Positions 1-12,103 of a stretch of DNA of 64,000 bases are shown here, one piece after another. The translations under genes and the position numbers were made by a program. Each line of letters begins with the position of its first letter. Positions within the stretch are counted from its first letter, which is position 1. The stretch is from an uncultured Nitrososphaerales archaeon (lineage in GTDB: Archaea > Thermoproteota > Nitrososphaeria > Nitrososphaerales > Nitrososphaeraceae). The stretch covers positions 1 to 64,000 of the forward strand of contig CAVPXM010000013.1 in the NCBI GenBank assembly GCA_963709405.1, given 5' to 3'. The notes under the pieces were generated by a model. That model saw only the letters and a program-made list of their open reading frames with translations. It did no database searches and was not told the DNA's origin.

Positions 1-1098
1 AGCATAAGTTATCTAACTTCCATATCCAGTTAGATACTTATACATGTTGAATTTGAAGTGCTTGGTTCTAAAGTACTGTCCTATCTTAGTTCTGAAGTCT
101 CTAAATGACGTGTAATATGTTAGTACTAGAAGGTCGCTTTTGGATATATTCCAGCATTCTTCTAGTATCATGAATTCTGGTGATGCTGTTGGAAGATAGA
201 CTGGTATTAAACTGCCCTTACGTTCTTTAATGTACTCCCTTATCTTATTGGATTTATAATGCTGAGGAGCCTTATCCAAGAATACGTAACATTTTGGGAA
301 TTTGTGATGTATCAGCTTTAGGAATTCACAGAATGTGTCTTCATTGAAATGATTGTACTGTCTGAATAGCTGTCTTCCGTCAAGACTGATAGCACCAAAA
401 AGACATGATTGCTGATGTGAACCTGTGATTCTGACTACCGGCCTTGTATTTCTGAATATCCATACTTTTCTAACAAGGCTATCATATAAGAAGAATGATT
501 CGTCTAGAGATACTGCTGTAAATCCCTTAGGTAGATTATCTAGAACCACCTTTGCTCTTTTTTGAATTCCTCTTTTTCTTCTTTTGAAGCAGTGTTTACA
601 TGTACCTTTCTTGGTACTTTCTGTTTAAAACCCCATTTATGTAGTAGTCGGTAGACATGTGTATAGTGATAGTGTATTCCTGATTCGTTCACTATTAGAT
701 CATTTACTTGTTTGGTAGTCCATCCCTGTCTGCTTTCTCTTAATGTCTTTCTTATTCTAGTGGATGCCGCTAAAGGAATCTGTGGTATTCTTCCACTCTT
801 TGGTTTGTTCCTTAATCCTTTGACGCCTTGTTCTCTATATCTTTCAAGCCAGTAAGAAGCCCAAGGCTTACTCCTATGTATTCCCTTTACTACATGAGCT
901 GGGAGTTCTCCATCATCTACGACTCTGATAACAAGAAGCAGTCGCTCCTTTACCTTAGCATTTGATTCTTTTCTGTAGGATTCTACTAATCTTCCTCTTG
1001 AAACGATCAAACAGATCTAAGGAAGAGATATTGCAAATAGCTTTTCCTGTCTACCATGTTCTACTCATTAGTCAAATTTAGTTAGAGAACATTTGCTA
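1..1098 (-). mobile_element. IS630-family element, two-ORF transposase (540-1010 HTH; 13-549 DDE) joined by probable -1 frameshift
   Basis: Winged-HTH ORF followed by DDE ORF (LDES...LDKAPQH...LPTASPEFMILE); A-rich slippery site (TTCAAAAAAG) at the overlap; imperfect IR AGCATAAGTTATCTAACT at window start vs AGTTAGAGAACATTTGCT ~1080-1097. Confidence 0.88.
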
Positions 1099-1260
1099 AC
1101 TGGTATAATAGCTTCATTAAGCTGATCCATAATTATGGATTCCTATTATTATAGAAGAGAAAAAGATCAAATTTAGTATCATCAAAACAAATTCGACCAA
1201 TATGATATTACCATAGGGACAAATCTAAATAACTCTGCAGATCTGATCTAGATATAATTT

Positions 1261-2408
1261 ATGAAATTGGTTAAAACAAGAACATTGTTTGATGGAATTA
1301 GCGAGAGAAAGGAAATGTTTATTGGATTTGAAGGTGATGAAATAAAGTACATTGGAAGCAGCAAACCTGTAGTTGAAGGGAGTGCCGATGACATAATTAT
1401 TGAAGATGATACTGTTACCCCGGGATTTATCGATTCACATAGTCACATTGGGATGGCCAGATCAGTCGAACCAGGTAAGGAAGAAGAAGCCAATGAACAA
1501 ATGAAGACCATTTATCCTCTAGTAAATTCTTTACACAGCATTTACATGGATGATCCGTCCTTTGGCGAATCAGTTGAGAGCGGGGTTATTTATTCCACCG
1601 TGTTGCCTGGTAGTGGAAATATTATTGGGGGAAAGGCTGTCCTTGTACGTAATTTTTAAGGATATTGGAGATGCATATGTAATGGATGTTGGAATTAAAG
1701 CTGCACTAGGATTTAACCCTCGTAGTACGACAGAATGGAAAGGTGAAAGGCCATCCACTCGTATGGGCGCCATAGCAATGCTTCGTGAAAATTTTATCAA
1801 AGCTAGAAAAATGCAAAGACTTATCCAAGAAGGAAAGAAAGTGATAGATGAAGTAGAACCCATTACTGAAATATTCCTTGACATACTTTATGGCAAATAT
1901 AAGATGATGGTCCATGTTTATAAAGAAGACGATGTTATCGTTTTGATTCAGCTGGCAAGTGAGTTCGGAATTAAGGTGGTTGCAAATCATTGTGCTGATG
2001 TATATAGAACAGAGGTTTTTGCAGCATTAAAGTATGCATCTATTCCAATAGTGTACAGGACCAATGGATTCATTTCCATACAAAACAGAGTTAAGACATG
2101 AAAGTTGGAGAAACGTGGAGAAACTGTTAGAGTCTGGAGCAAGGTTTTCCCTTATGAGTGATCATCCTGTCATTTTACAAAGAAATATGTTTTTTACTTT
2201 AAGACGCTTGTTGCGATTTGGTCTATCAAAAGCTGATGCAATCTCAAAAATTACTAGCGAAGCTGCAGAAATTATTGGGATCCGGTATATTGGACAGTTA
2301 AAACCTGGCTTTCGATCCTCTTTCGTAGTTTGGAATGGAGATCCATTTTCATTGTTAAGTTATCCCATCTTGGTTGTTGCAGAAGGAAATATGGTTTACA
2401 AAGAATAA
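1261..2408 (+). pseudogene. Amidohydrolase (imidazolonepropionase-like), split over three frames
   Basis: PGFIDSHSHIG metal motif, SDHPV, GQLKPG...VVWNGDPF; frameshifts near 1655 and 2057. Confidence 0.85.
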
Positions 2409-2662
2409 AAAGCCGGCGTATGTGGAAAACGACTAGAACTAGAAATAAATAATAAACTGGTTTTACAGAGACTTTATGTGGATCTATTCTTATCTATTCA
2501 TATAGCAGGAATAGATGTAATAAGAACAATCCAAATAAAGAATCTCCACTATAGCAATATATCTACCAGATTTTGTGTGCTGTACGAACAGATAAAATAT
2601 GCCTGAAGAATCTTGTTCTTATAATATGAATATTAAGGAGAAAGAGTATACAAGAATTTGAG

Positions 2663-3065
2663 ATGAAAAGGCCATTTCTGAGATCCACTATGGAATTAGA
2701 AGTTAATGCAGCAGTTAATGCATCTGAGTCTTCAGCTAAAGTAATTAATGCAGTTACTAGTATCATATACCATTGCTCACCTGAATTGAAATATGGTAGT
2801 AGAGTTACTTGCAAATCAGTTAACACTAACCCGCTAGATATAATTTATGAGCAAATACGGTCTAGATCTGTTCAGAATGTTTTTCGAAGAATACTAATTG
2901 GGAATCGTAGCAAAAATACTACATGGTTTTTTTTAAATAAGCAAGGCAGCAAGTGTGGGTGTTGTGGCAATTATTGAAAACGAACAAGAATCTCCATTAG
3001 GACCTATACGAGTGACTTTAAATTGCGAAGAGTTAGATGCTATTATTAATTGGTTGGTTGATTGA
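2663..3065 (+). pseudogene. DUF54-type archaeal RNA-binding domain protein, one frameshift near 2945
   Basis: ...FLNKQ[fs]AASVGVVAIIENEQESPLGPIRVTL matches the family pattern. Confidence 0.7.
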
Positions 3066-3124
3066 CAAGAACAATTTACTTTTTTTTATGTATATTGAAT
3101 AATCTTAACAGTTATGTAAACATG

Positions 3125-4267
3125 TAGATGCTTTCTCCATGTAAACTGTTTATACTAGTTTTGCCTCTATGTTTTTATTATAATCACATGCCCAATCAGA
3201 TACTGCTTTACCTATATCACGTTCATTTTGAAAGGTGGAATTGTTTATTGCTTGTCGTTGCATCCATAGCCATCTTACCTCTATCAGATTGAGCTCGGGT
3301 GATCTGGTGGGAAGAAATACAAGGTGTATCCTTGGATGATATTTGGATAATACTGCTTTCACCTTGTTTGATTTATGTATCGATACGTTATCAAGTATCA
3401 GAAATATCTGCTTGATACTATCGTCATACTTTTGGTCCATTCTTTTGATAAAATCTAAAAACTGTTTTCCGGTTTTCTTTTTGTAGCCATGCGTCCACAT
3501 TTGATCATTGGTATAATCGTATATACCAAACACGTTTAGAATTCCCTTTGTCTTTTGAGCTTTGGATACCTTAGACTGTGTAGAGGACCAAGATGTACCG
3601 CCATATGTTTTTGCTACTATCGGTCCTTTCTCATCCTCGTAGAGTAGTACCTGAGTCAGAAGACAGGTTACTGTATCTTAGTTCTTCAATTCTCTTTTTT
3701 TCAAATGATATTCAGGATCTAGGCTGTGTCCCAGAGTAATCTTTGACTGCCTATATTTTATTCCGTGTTTTAGGAGGATATTTCTAACCTCGGTGTGGCT
3801 GATAGCATCTACAAGGCTCATCTCCTTGGAGACAAATCCTGCTAGTACTCTTAATGACCATGTGGAAAATGGTAATCCATAATCTTTTCTTGAATTTTTG
3901 GTTGCTATCTCCACAATCTTATTCTCCATATCGTCAGATATTTTGATTGGTTTATGCTTGTGTATTTTTGATGCTATTCCATCTATACCTTTTTCATTGA
4001 AACGATGAATCCATTTTCTTATGTTGCTATCATGATGGTTAGTTGCCTTCCTTATTTCAGGAACTGTGTATCCATCATCCTTAAGAAGAATAATCTTTGC
4101 ACGGTATCCAGATTCTCTATCCTCAAGTATGCTATCATGTAACCTATTCTTTTCATTATTTGTAAGCAATCTGAGGAATGTATCCCTCATGCTGATAATT
4201 TAAAAGAGAGTAAGCTAAAGGTGTTATGGTATCTGAACGAGCACTGTTAGTTTACAGAAGAGCATTA
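3125..4267 (-). mobile_element. IS630-family element (HTH ORF 3678-4190; DDE part ~3150-3690, extra frameshift)
   Basis: LLYEDEKGP, ILDNVSIHK, LPTRSPELNLIE motifs; imperfect IRs (GATGCTTTCTCCATGTAAACT / AGTTTACAGAAGAGCAT) flanked by TA. Confidence 0.85.
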
Positions 4268-4603
4268 CATATTCTTTACATAACTCTTAACTGGGTTTAT
4301 TGTGGCAATTGGAGCATCTCAGAAGACATTAGTTTATGATGCTCTTTGACATTACAGATCAAAATAACCATATAATTTAAGATATTCGTGTACAGTTTTC
4401 TCATAACTGTTCTTACGATGGACGGTCATCAAATTCTGTAACTATGCAAGTCAATAATTGTCACCATTCATACTGGTTTTCATAGTCATGGTTACTAGCT
4501 ATACATTTTGGCTTATCTCAAATAAGTCAGTTTTTTCAATCGATTCAAATTTGAATTTTGTACGTTTATTTTTACGAGAGTTAATCTACTTGGTTAATTA
4601 TTA

Positions 4604-4855
4604 TTGCTGAATTATAAAGAGGATGAGGAATCAAAATCAAATATATTATCAATAGTATTTATGTTCTATGTTTCAATGGTAATATCAAAGAAGGTAAAAC
4701 TTGAAATAGAAATTGAGGTTGACATGCCGCTTGACATAATTGAAGATAGGGAACGATTCAGGGCTATAGAAAGCGGTTTAATTAGAAGTATTTCGAAAGG
4801 ACTCTATGAACAAGGGGTTTCATTTAATATAGGTAAAGTCAAGTTTGAATCATAA
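4604..4855 (+). CDS. Small hypothetical protein (true start probably the ATG near 4677)
   Basis: ORF with protein-like C-terminal part KKVKLEIEIEVDMPLDII... Confidence 0.5.
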   Translation: MLNYKEDEESKSNILSIVFMFYVSMVISKKVKLEIEIEVDMPLDIIEDRERFRAIESGLIRSISKGLYEQGVSFNIGKVKFES

Positions 4856-5150
4856 ATAAATGAAAATGATCATTTGGGACATTTCTTAATGATAACTGTC
4901 TTATTCCGTCATTATATGGAACACATTATCATGCAATATTTATGATGCAAAAACTTTATTTGTTGATATGGATTAGAATTCTGTTACATGTAGATATTAA
5001 CTCCAGAATAGTTGGTCTTCATTCTGATGCAGACTAGATGATGAAAAGTACTCCACTATAGCAATATCATGTCTCTAGGCACAAGATTTTGTTAATGTGG
5101 TTTGGCTTTAACCATAATCAACTATTGTGGACTAATCGATTACATGCAAT

Positions 5151-5504
5151 ATGTATAATAAGAGAAAACATAATAGTTCTAATGGTTTCACGATCATGAA
5201 TACTAATGAGCAGTATCTTTTTGGACGATTGTTATGGATAGGCATCTCGCTTGGCATTATCTTTGCTATTTTATTATATGCCCCATTTCCTTTATCTATA
5301 GTGTTAGCGATAACAGCTTTCATTTTGTTGAACTTTTATATTAGAAGAAAAGTTATTAAAAGAGTGAATACGAAGTTCGGTAGTACTAGCAGTTATTCCT
5401 CCTCATCCTTAAGCTATTCTTGTATTAATTGTGGAACAAAGCATAATGAAATTGCTTGTCCCGAATGCGGTTCAAAGATGAAAAGAGCAGACTTTGAATT
5501 TTAA
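5151..5504 (+). CDS. Membrane protein with C-terminal zinc ribbon
   Basis: Two hydrophobic helices then CINCG...CPECG. Confidence 0.75.
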   Translation: MYNKRKHNSSNGFTIMNTNEQYLFGRLLWIGISLGIIFAILLYAPFPLSIVLAITAFILLNFYIRRKVIKRVNTKFGSTSSYSSSSLSYSCINCGTKHNEIACPECGSKMKRADFEF

Positions 5505-5642
5505 CGAGGATAAGAATGCTTACATCTAGCAGCCATGTGATTTCTGTAATACGCTATCACAATTGTAGCTCATGCAGTTAGGTATTAAAATTAGTAGATG
5601 TGTCTTTTACTTTGTTTTTAGTGTTATCTAGCTACGTGAGAT

Positions 5643-6200
5643 CTATTGATTTAACCTCGACCAAGGATACATTTTCGGAAAAAAATAACTAAACCAACTT
5701 TGTGTCAACCTTATGGTGTTTATGGACAGTTCTTTATATATATCCAGATAGTTCAGAACGCTTGTTTGCCAAAAGGTCACGGCCGAAACAAATGGATTAG
5801 ATGTAGGTATTTCATAATTCTTCATATATTCTGGCTCTCTTAAGTCAGTTACATTCTCTACTACCTCTTCTACAGTTTTCTCCACAGCTTCTACAACTGA
5901 TTCTGCAACCTTTTTATCCGTCTCAATTTTCTTTTGTATGTTGGTAGTATAACTACTATTATCATCTTTTATGGAGGACTTTCGTAGTTGCGATGATGAT
6001 ACTGGTGGTGGTTTGTTAGGAATGTTCTTGCCAGGGACGATGGCTTCTTGTACAATAGGATTGTTCTTGGATTTTATCGCAGTCCACTCTTCTCGTTTTG
6101 TCTCTTTAGCGGACTTCTTTTTTTCTACTGCTTCAGAGTCTACGTTAACGTGTTCGGTACTTGATTCACTAGGCTCGATATAGTCTTTATTTATGGCCAT
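5643..6200 (-). CDS. Hypothetical protein, disordered N-terminus and amphipathic helical C-terminus
   Basis: Intact 185-aa ORF; C-terminal FWQ...YKEL...W pattern resembles the split gene at 35346-36759. Confidence 0.65.
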   Translation of the reverse strand: MAINKDYIEPSESSTEHVNVDSEAVEKKKSAKETKREEWTAIKSKNNPIVQEAIVPGKNIPNKPPPVSSSQLRKSSIKDDNSSYTTNIQKKIETDKKVAESVVEAVEKTVEEVVENVTDLREPEYMKNYEIPTSNPFVSAVTFWQTSVLNYLDIYKELSINTIRLTQSWFSYFFPKMYPWSRLNQ

Positions 6201-6212
6201 GTAACTACCTAA

Positions 6213-7184
6213 GAACCTATCCCAAAAATATCTTTCTACAGATGATCATAAAACAGGAGAACTGTACCAGTCCAAGGTAGTTCTCTGCCTTCTTTTCATA
6301 CCGTGTGAACAGTTTTCTGAACCTGTTGTGCCATGAGTTTGTCCTTTCCACAACCCATCTTTTTGCAGAATGTTTTTTCCGGTTTAAGGAAGGTTGCGTT
6401 TCCGTCTTGACCTCCTCCTCTTTTTCACCCCTCTTTCTTTTGGGACTAATGTGCAGTACATATCCCCGCCTGATTAGTTCCTGTTCTTCTTGTGTGGAAT
6501 TATATGCTTTGTCAAGACATAGATGTTGTAACCTTCTCCTTCTTCCCTTTCTTCTTGATTTCGGTTTGGATGATGATGACGGCTTTTTAATAACTGAATT
6601 ATCAACCATATCTATTACCAGTTTAATGTCATGGGTACTAGCAGATGAAATGACCGCCGAAAGCGGTATACCTTCTTTGTCTGTTAAAATGTGTCTTTTT
6701 GTGCCCAGTTTGCTCCTGTCCGTGGGATTATTTCCGGTCATCGCCCCCCTAAAGGCGATTTTATGGATATACTATCGATTGATTGCCATGTCCAGTTGAT
6801 ACCAATGATTCGATCATATATTTTCAGTAATCGAACCCATGTCTTTTTGAAAACATCCAGTTTATTCCATTCCTGAAACCTTCTATGGCATGTGGAACCC
6901 GATCCATACTCTTTGGGTAGCATCTTCCATTGGCACCCAGTTCTAAGGATGTATAAAACTCCATCAAGTACCCTTCTGTATGGTACAATTGGCCGACCCA
7001 CTGTTTTGAGTGGTTTCTCTCTGGGTAAAATTACTTTAATCTCATCCCACAATTCATCTGGAATGGTTATGATGGTGCGATTATCCTTTTTATCATCCTC
7101 TTTCTCATTCTTCTTCTGGATACAGGCCATACTTTAGCAAAAGCAACATCGAGCTATAATCGTATCGAATTTTGGGATAGGCTC
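6213..7184 (-). mobile_element. IS5-family element (two-ORF, TAA target), copy 1, apparently intact
   Basis: IRs GAACCTATCCCAAAA / TTTTGGGATAGGCTC; TAA duplication at 6210-6212 and 7185-7187; LRTGCQW, DKAY and RWVVERT motifs; ORFs overlap at a G run. Confidence 0.95.
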
Positions 7185-7339
7185 TAAGTATGTATTCAGT
7201 GCCAAATATTAAAGTTCCATTACATTGAAATCCTATTCTTTCGATTTGATTACAATATGGGTATACTAACATACAGGAATTCGTCAGTCCTATGAATATT
7301 GTAGACTATATTTCAGTTCGTATAAATAGAAAATAGGGT

Positions 7340-7792
7340 TCACTAGCGATATAGTTAGGATAAAGTTATGGGACCTATCTCTCGGAATAACGATACTTCA
7401 ATTGAAAGTAAACTCTGATCTACCGGATTCATATTATTCTGATCCTAGATTTAGTTGGCGTATACCAATTGGTATTACAACCATAGAATTTTTGAAATCT
7501 CTAGACTTTGGAATTAAATATAAAAATAACGTCTTTATTGGCGAAATTAATCTTGGTAACATATATTATTTTGAAGTAATAATAGAACTAATCTAAACCT
7601 AATTAATGGCCAACATTCCTGATTAACGTATGGTGTAGCTGATAATAAGAACGAAACTTTGGAGAAATTAGAAATTATTTGCAACTAATTATGAGGGGGT
7701 GGAATGACTGATATCATAACTGGCCCAGACGGCAATTTGTATGTTCTGATATATTTCGATGGCCATTTACAAAATTGAGCCAGGTGGTAAAT
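7340..7792 (+). pseudogene. Degraded C-terminal remnant of PQQ-dependent (glucose/sorbosone) dehydrogenase
   Basis: WDKVMGPISRN, YSDPRFSW, ITTIEFLKS, TDIITGPDGNLYVL; paralogous to the convergent gene at 7949-9224. Confidence 0.75.
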
Positions 7793-7948
7793 GATACAAA
7801 TAACATATTTGAGTAGGTATCAATTTATATGCTAAGGCCGTTCATTCAATTCCAATGTCTATTTCTATTTGAATCATTACTTATCTTGTAATGGGTATGG
7901 GGACTGTTAGAATCTTCATATTCCAATGACTCGAATATTTTGTCGCTA

Positions 7949-9224
7949 CTATGAAGTTGAGATAGGACCTATTCTATAGACGTTCCCATCATCAAATGAC
8001 AAGACATATAGTAATCCATCTGGTCCTGTCTTGATATAGGTTATACCATTAAATCCTATCCCAAATTTTACTGCATTTAATTCATTCTTGTTGTCTACTA
8101 CTAGATCTGATAGTCCAGCAGATTGCTGCTTTGTGTCAAATTCTATTCCAGTTCTATCTCTGTTAACTTTAAAGAAATACATGTTACCATTATTGTAGTC
8201 TCCAACAAAAATGTTGTTATGGTAATTAGTGCCTATCTTTGAAGATTTCAAAAATTCTATTGCAGTTACTGCGACAGGTGTAAGCCAGCTAAATACAGGA
8301 TCAGCATAATGAGACCCAGGAAAGTTAACTAAATCATTTACAGTCACACCACTATTTCTGGAAATGGGGCCCATAACTTTATCCCAACCACTATTAAATC
8401 CTGGTTTTACCAAATTAATCTCATCATAGGCGTCTTCTCCGTTCTCAGTTTCCCAAAGATTACCTGTGACAGGATCAATTGGGATTCCAAAGCTGTTTCT
8501 TATACCATATGCATAATATCTATGCATTGCCGCATTCCCATCTCTTGCAAACGGATTACCTTTCGCTGGCGAACCATTTATAGGACTTGCTCTAAATATA
8601 ACACCTGTATTATCAGGATCAGGTCCGTCTTTAATGTTTTGAAGTTTGCCATTATGTCTTAGTTCGCCAATTATGGCATATAGATTACCATCATTTCCTA
8701 TGACTAGTTTTCCACCATCATGATTCGGTCCAGGCAGTCAAGGAAGGTCTAATATTAATTTAGGGGTAACAAGTGTCTGTCCATTCCAATCATAACTATA
8801 GATTCTATTTCTAATATCTTCCCCTTGCGATTCAGTATAACACAGTAATACCTCTTTGTTGTTATTGTTACCAGTGCCATTCATAACTGCAATTCCAAGC
8901 AAGCCAAGTTCGCTCTTTATGTCCACTGGTATATGTAAGATGGGTTGTTGTCCTAGGTGACCATTAGATACTAGTCTGACATTTCCATCCTTCTCCAGGA
9001 CCAAAATATCATTGTCATTTACAAATGCCACACTAGTAGGAGAAGATAAACCACTTACAACGGATTCTACTTTTAGAGTGGGATCGTTTACTATCGCTGG
9101 TTGTGCTGATAGATACTGAATCGTAACGAAATGACCAAAAATAAATCCAAGGGGTACTAGTAATACTTGTAATAAGAACGATCATTATGAATGTTGTCTG
9201 ATATGACACTCCTTCCTTCTTCAT
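7949..9224 (-). pseudogene. PQQ-dependent sugar dehydrogenase (GSDH beta-propeller), secreted, frameshifted
   Basis: PGPNHDGGKL, AYGIRNSFG, ENGEDAYDEINL motifs across ORFs 9033-9224, 8738-9031 and 7949-8527. Confidence 0.85.
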
Positions 9225-9565
9225 ATTTGTAATCTATATGTTTCTCATGCTCTATAATGGCTGTTATTAAATCACGCCAATTTGTATGCTAAATGTTACT
9301 AATGCTATCCCGTATGTGATTGATAACTTTCTAATCGAAAGAATTAGACAGAAAATATTGAAATGGTAGGTAAATAAATTTGTGCTGAAGTTATTTCTCA
9401 GCCTGTTTATTTAATTTTAATTATCAAATATGCAGATGAAACCAGTTCTTTATTATTTATATTACCTCTTTATTAGCTGTATTATCATTCATGCAGATTA
9501 CTTGGAAAAAGCTAAACCATGCGAAGTTGTAATATGAAAGTACAAAAATGGAGCAGTTACATTTA

Positions 9566-10357
9566 TTACCTTTCTTGAGCAGTTGGTCTTATCAAGATCT
9601 CATTAACATTAACATGATTTGGTGCTTGTATTGCATATAAGACTGCATTTACAATATCTTCTGGTTGTAAAGTTTCCATTTTCTCGGTAGCTTGTATGAA
9701 CCCTGCCATTGATTCATCGGTTATTGATTCTAATAGTTCAGTCGAAACAGCTCCTGGCTCAATGCATGTAACTCGTATGTTGTACTTTGGGCTTAATTCC
9801 TTTCTCAATCCTTCGCTAAATGCAGTAATCGCGTGTTTTGTTGCACAGTAGACGCTTCCTCCAGCAAATACTATTCTCCCTGCGACGGAAGATATATTAA
9901 CTATATGTCCTGATTTAGCATTCAGCATATAAGGGATAGCTGCAGAAGTGCAGTAAAGAACCCCCTTGATATTTACGTCAATCATCCGATCCCATTCATC
10001 CACTTTACCATTTTTGAAATAACTTAAAGGCATTAACCCAGCGTTATTTATTAAAATATCAACTTTTCCCCATTTCTTAACTACGGCATTAACAAATAAA
10101 TTACAATCTGAATTGCTTGAAACGTCTAGCTTTTGAATGAAGACTTCTCTCTCACTGTTCTTGTTGATAATTTGACTTTCTAATGCTTTTAACCTATCAG
10201 TACGTCTAGCTCCAACGGCCACTCTTATGCCAGCTTCTGATAATGCTAATGATGTTGCATATCCTATACCACTGCTCGCACCGGTCACTATTGCTACCTT
10301 ATTTTCCAATATTTTGACAGTATGCTCAATACCATAAGAATCTTCTTGTAGAAGCAC
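9566..10357 (-). CDS. Short-chain dehydrogenase/reductase
   Basis: TGASSGIG, NNAG, YCATK catalytic motif. Confidence 0.95.
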   Translation of the reverse strand: MLLQEDSYGIEHTVKILENKVAIVTGASSGIGYATSLALSEAGIRVAVGARRTDRLKALESQIINKNSEREVFIQKLDVSSNSDCNLFVNAVVKKWGKVDILINNAGLMPLSYFKNGKVDEWDRMIDVNIKGVLYCTSAAIPYMLNAKSGHIVNISSVAGRIVFAGGSVYCATKHAITAFSEGLRKELSPKYNIRVTCIEPGAVSTELLESITDESMAGFIQATEKMETLQPEDIVNAVLYAIQAPNHVNVNEILIRPTAQER

Positions 10358-11282
10358 TTTACTCGTATAAATCGTTTAGTCTATTCAAAATACAAATCTG
10401 AAAATGGTCTGAAAATAGCTTCTTAACATAGTATCTAAAATTAGTATAAATCACTAACTCTAATAAATTTTTATATTTTTGAAATCGTAAAATTGTATAT
10501 TCCTAATTGTGAGTAATAATGATGAGTTTATAGGGCCTCATAGCCATTATGATTCTAATTAGAAAAACAGAATGTTGAAAGTGCTTATAAATAATAGAAG
10601 TCAAATAATTTGAATAATAAATCATAAAATCTGGATTTTCTATTGACAGCTCGTATTCAATTTGATGCATAAGCTACTTTGTCGAAAGGGATTTTGAACG
10701 TCTTATGCAAGGGCTGGTATATTTATTACAATTTTATCTGGTCTTCTGTCATACTCTTCACAATACGTATATTAGCTGAAACAATATGATCTTAGGATTA
10801 TGGTGCAACTACTGGTCATGGAATGTCTCGCCGATCTCGATACGGCCCAAAATATCTCATTTCATTACCATCCTGTTCTCAACAAATATAGAATGCCACT
10901 TCAATATCTTCCAAAATTATACCTTTCATTACTATCTTGGTAGGATATTTCACATGGAATCTAATCGAAAAAGATAAACGTGTATCTTCACGATAGTTTC
11001 AAACCTCTCTATTCTCTATGCGCGGAAGTACCAAGTCTGTAAGATAAAAAAATATCACCGAAACAGACATTGCTATTAACCCTATGAGAACTAATTGTAT
11101 TTCTTTCATGCTGTATTTATTTACGATAATGTATTTTTATGTCTTATGTAAAAAGTTTTTACCTTTCTTTTCTTAAATCTCGTATCTTTTTTAATGAAGT
11201 ATACTAGCTAGCTGCTTGTACAAGCCAACTTGGGATCAAAGAAAATAAGTTTAATTGTATTTCTAGACGTCAGAACTGAAAT

Positions 11283-11702
11283 TTACTCCTCTTGATGTTT
11301 GTGTTCGTGTGAAGCTCCTCTGCCTGTGAGAGTACCTGTATAATCCCCGGTGACCTCTATCACATCGTCAGAATTACATATTTCCTTAAGGGTTTCCAAG
11401 GTCAGTCTCTGGTTTGTTACATAATGAGTACCTTTATCATAAATAGCTGGAACCATTCCTGTTCTTTCAAATATTTTGTCCTTCATTACCTCAGAATCTG
11501 TTTCGGGTCTTGTAAATATCTCAACCATATAAAAAGGCGCACGCTCGGATTTCTCATGTTCTCGCACGAGCAAATCATGAATCAGTATGGGATCGACCTT
11601 GGGTAGGTAAGTTTGATAAAGTGTTTGGAGTCCTCTAAAAACCAATCTCATTTCTTGAAGCTCTGAAGTTCTATCACCACTACTAGTAGATGCAGAAGAC
11701 AT
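11283..11702 (-). CDS. Hypothetical protein
   Basis: Intact 139-aa ORF with a TATA-like TTTTATA upstream. Confidence 0.7.
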   Translation of the reverse strand: MSSASTSSGDRTSELQEMRLVFRGLQTLYQTYLPKVDPILIHDLLVREHEKSERAPFYMVEIFTRPETDSEVMKDKIFERTGMVPAIYDKGTHYVTNQRLTLETLKEICNSDDVIEVTGDYTGTLTGRGASHEHKHQEE

Positions 11703-12103
11703 TTATGTGAATTTATTAAGATTCAGTATATAAAAGATTTTGACGACTTATTACAGTAATATATCGATTGGTAGTATTTGATAATCCTTTTCGAGCCGGC
11801 TGGATTGCGATGTCCGTATAAAACATATAAAAAATATAGTATTACAATTTTTCATATTTGCTATAATGAAAGATCTAATTAATAAAAAAAATAACTCAAA
11901 TCACAAAAATCATTACAGATTATCAAATCGCTTCGACGTTAGAAAGATAAAACACAGTAGATCACGTTTTTAGTAAAAGTTTAACGATTGTAAAATATCT
12001 TAATTGCCTCGATCGTCTTGAATTCGTCAAATCATCGTAAGAATAATAAGTAAATAAATAGATAAATCGATAAATAAATAGTAAAGAATAAAAAATCTAC
12101 AAT

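Noticed and set aside
6305-7137. Long antisense ORFs over IS5 and other genes (also 12627-12965, 50112-50498, 54009-54431, 56130-56579)
   Set aside because: Shadow frames opposite well-supported genes, with no motifs
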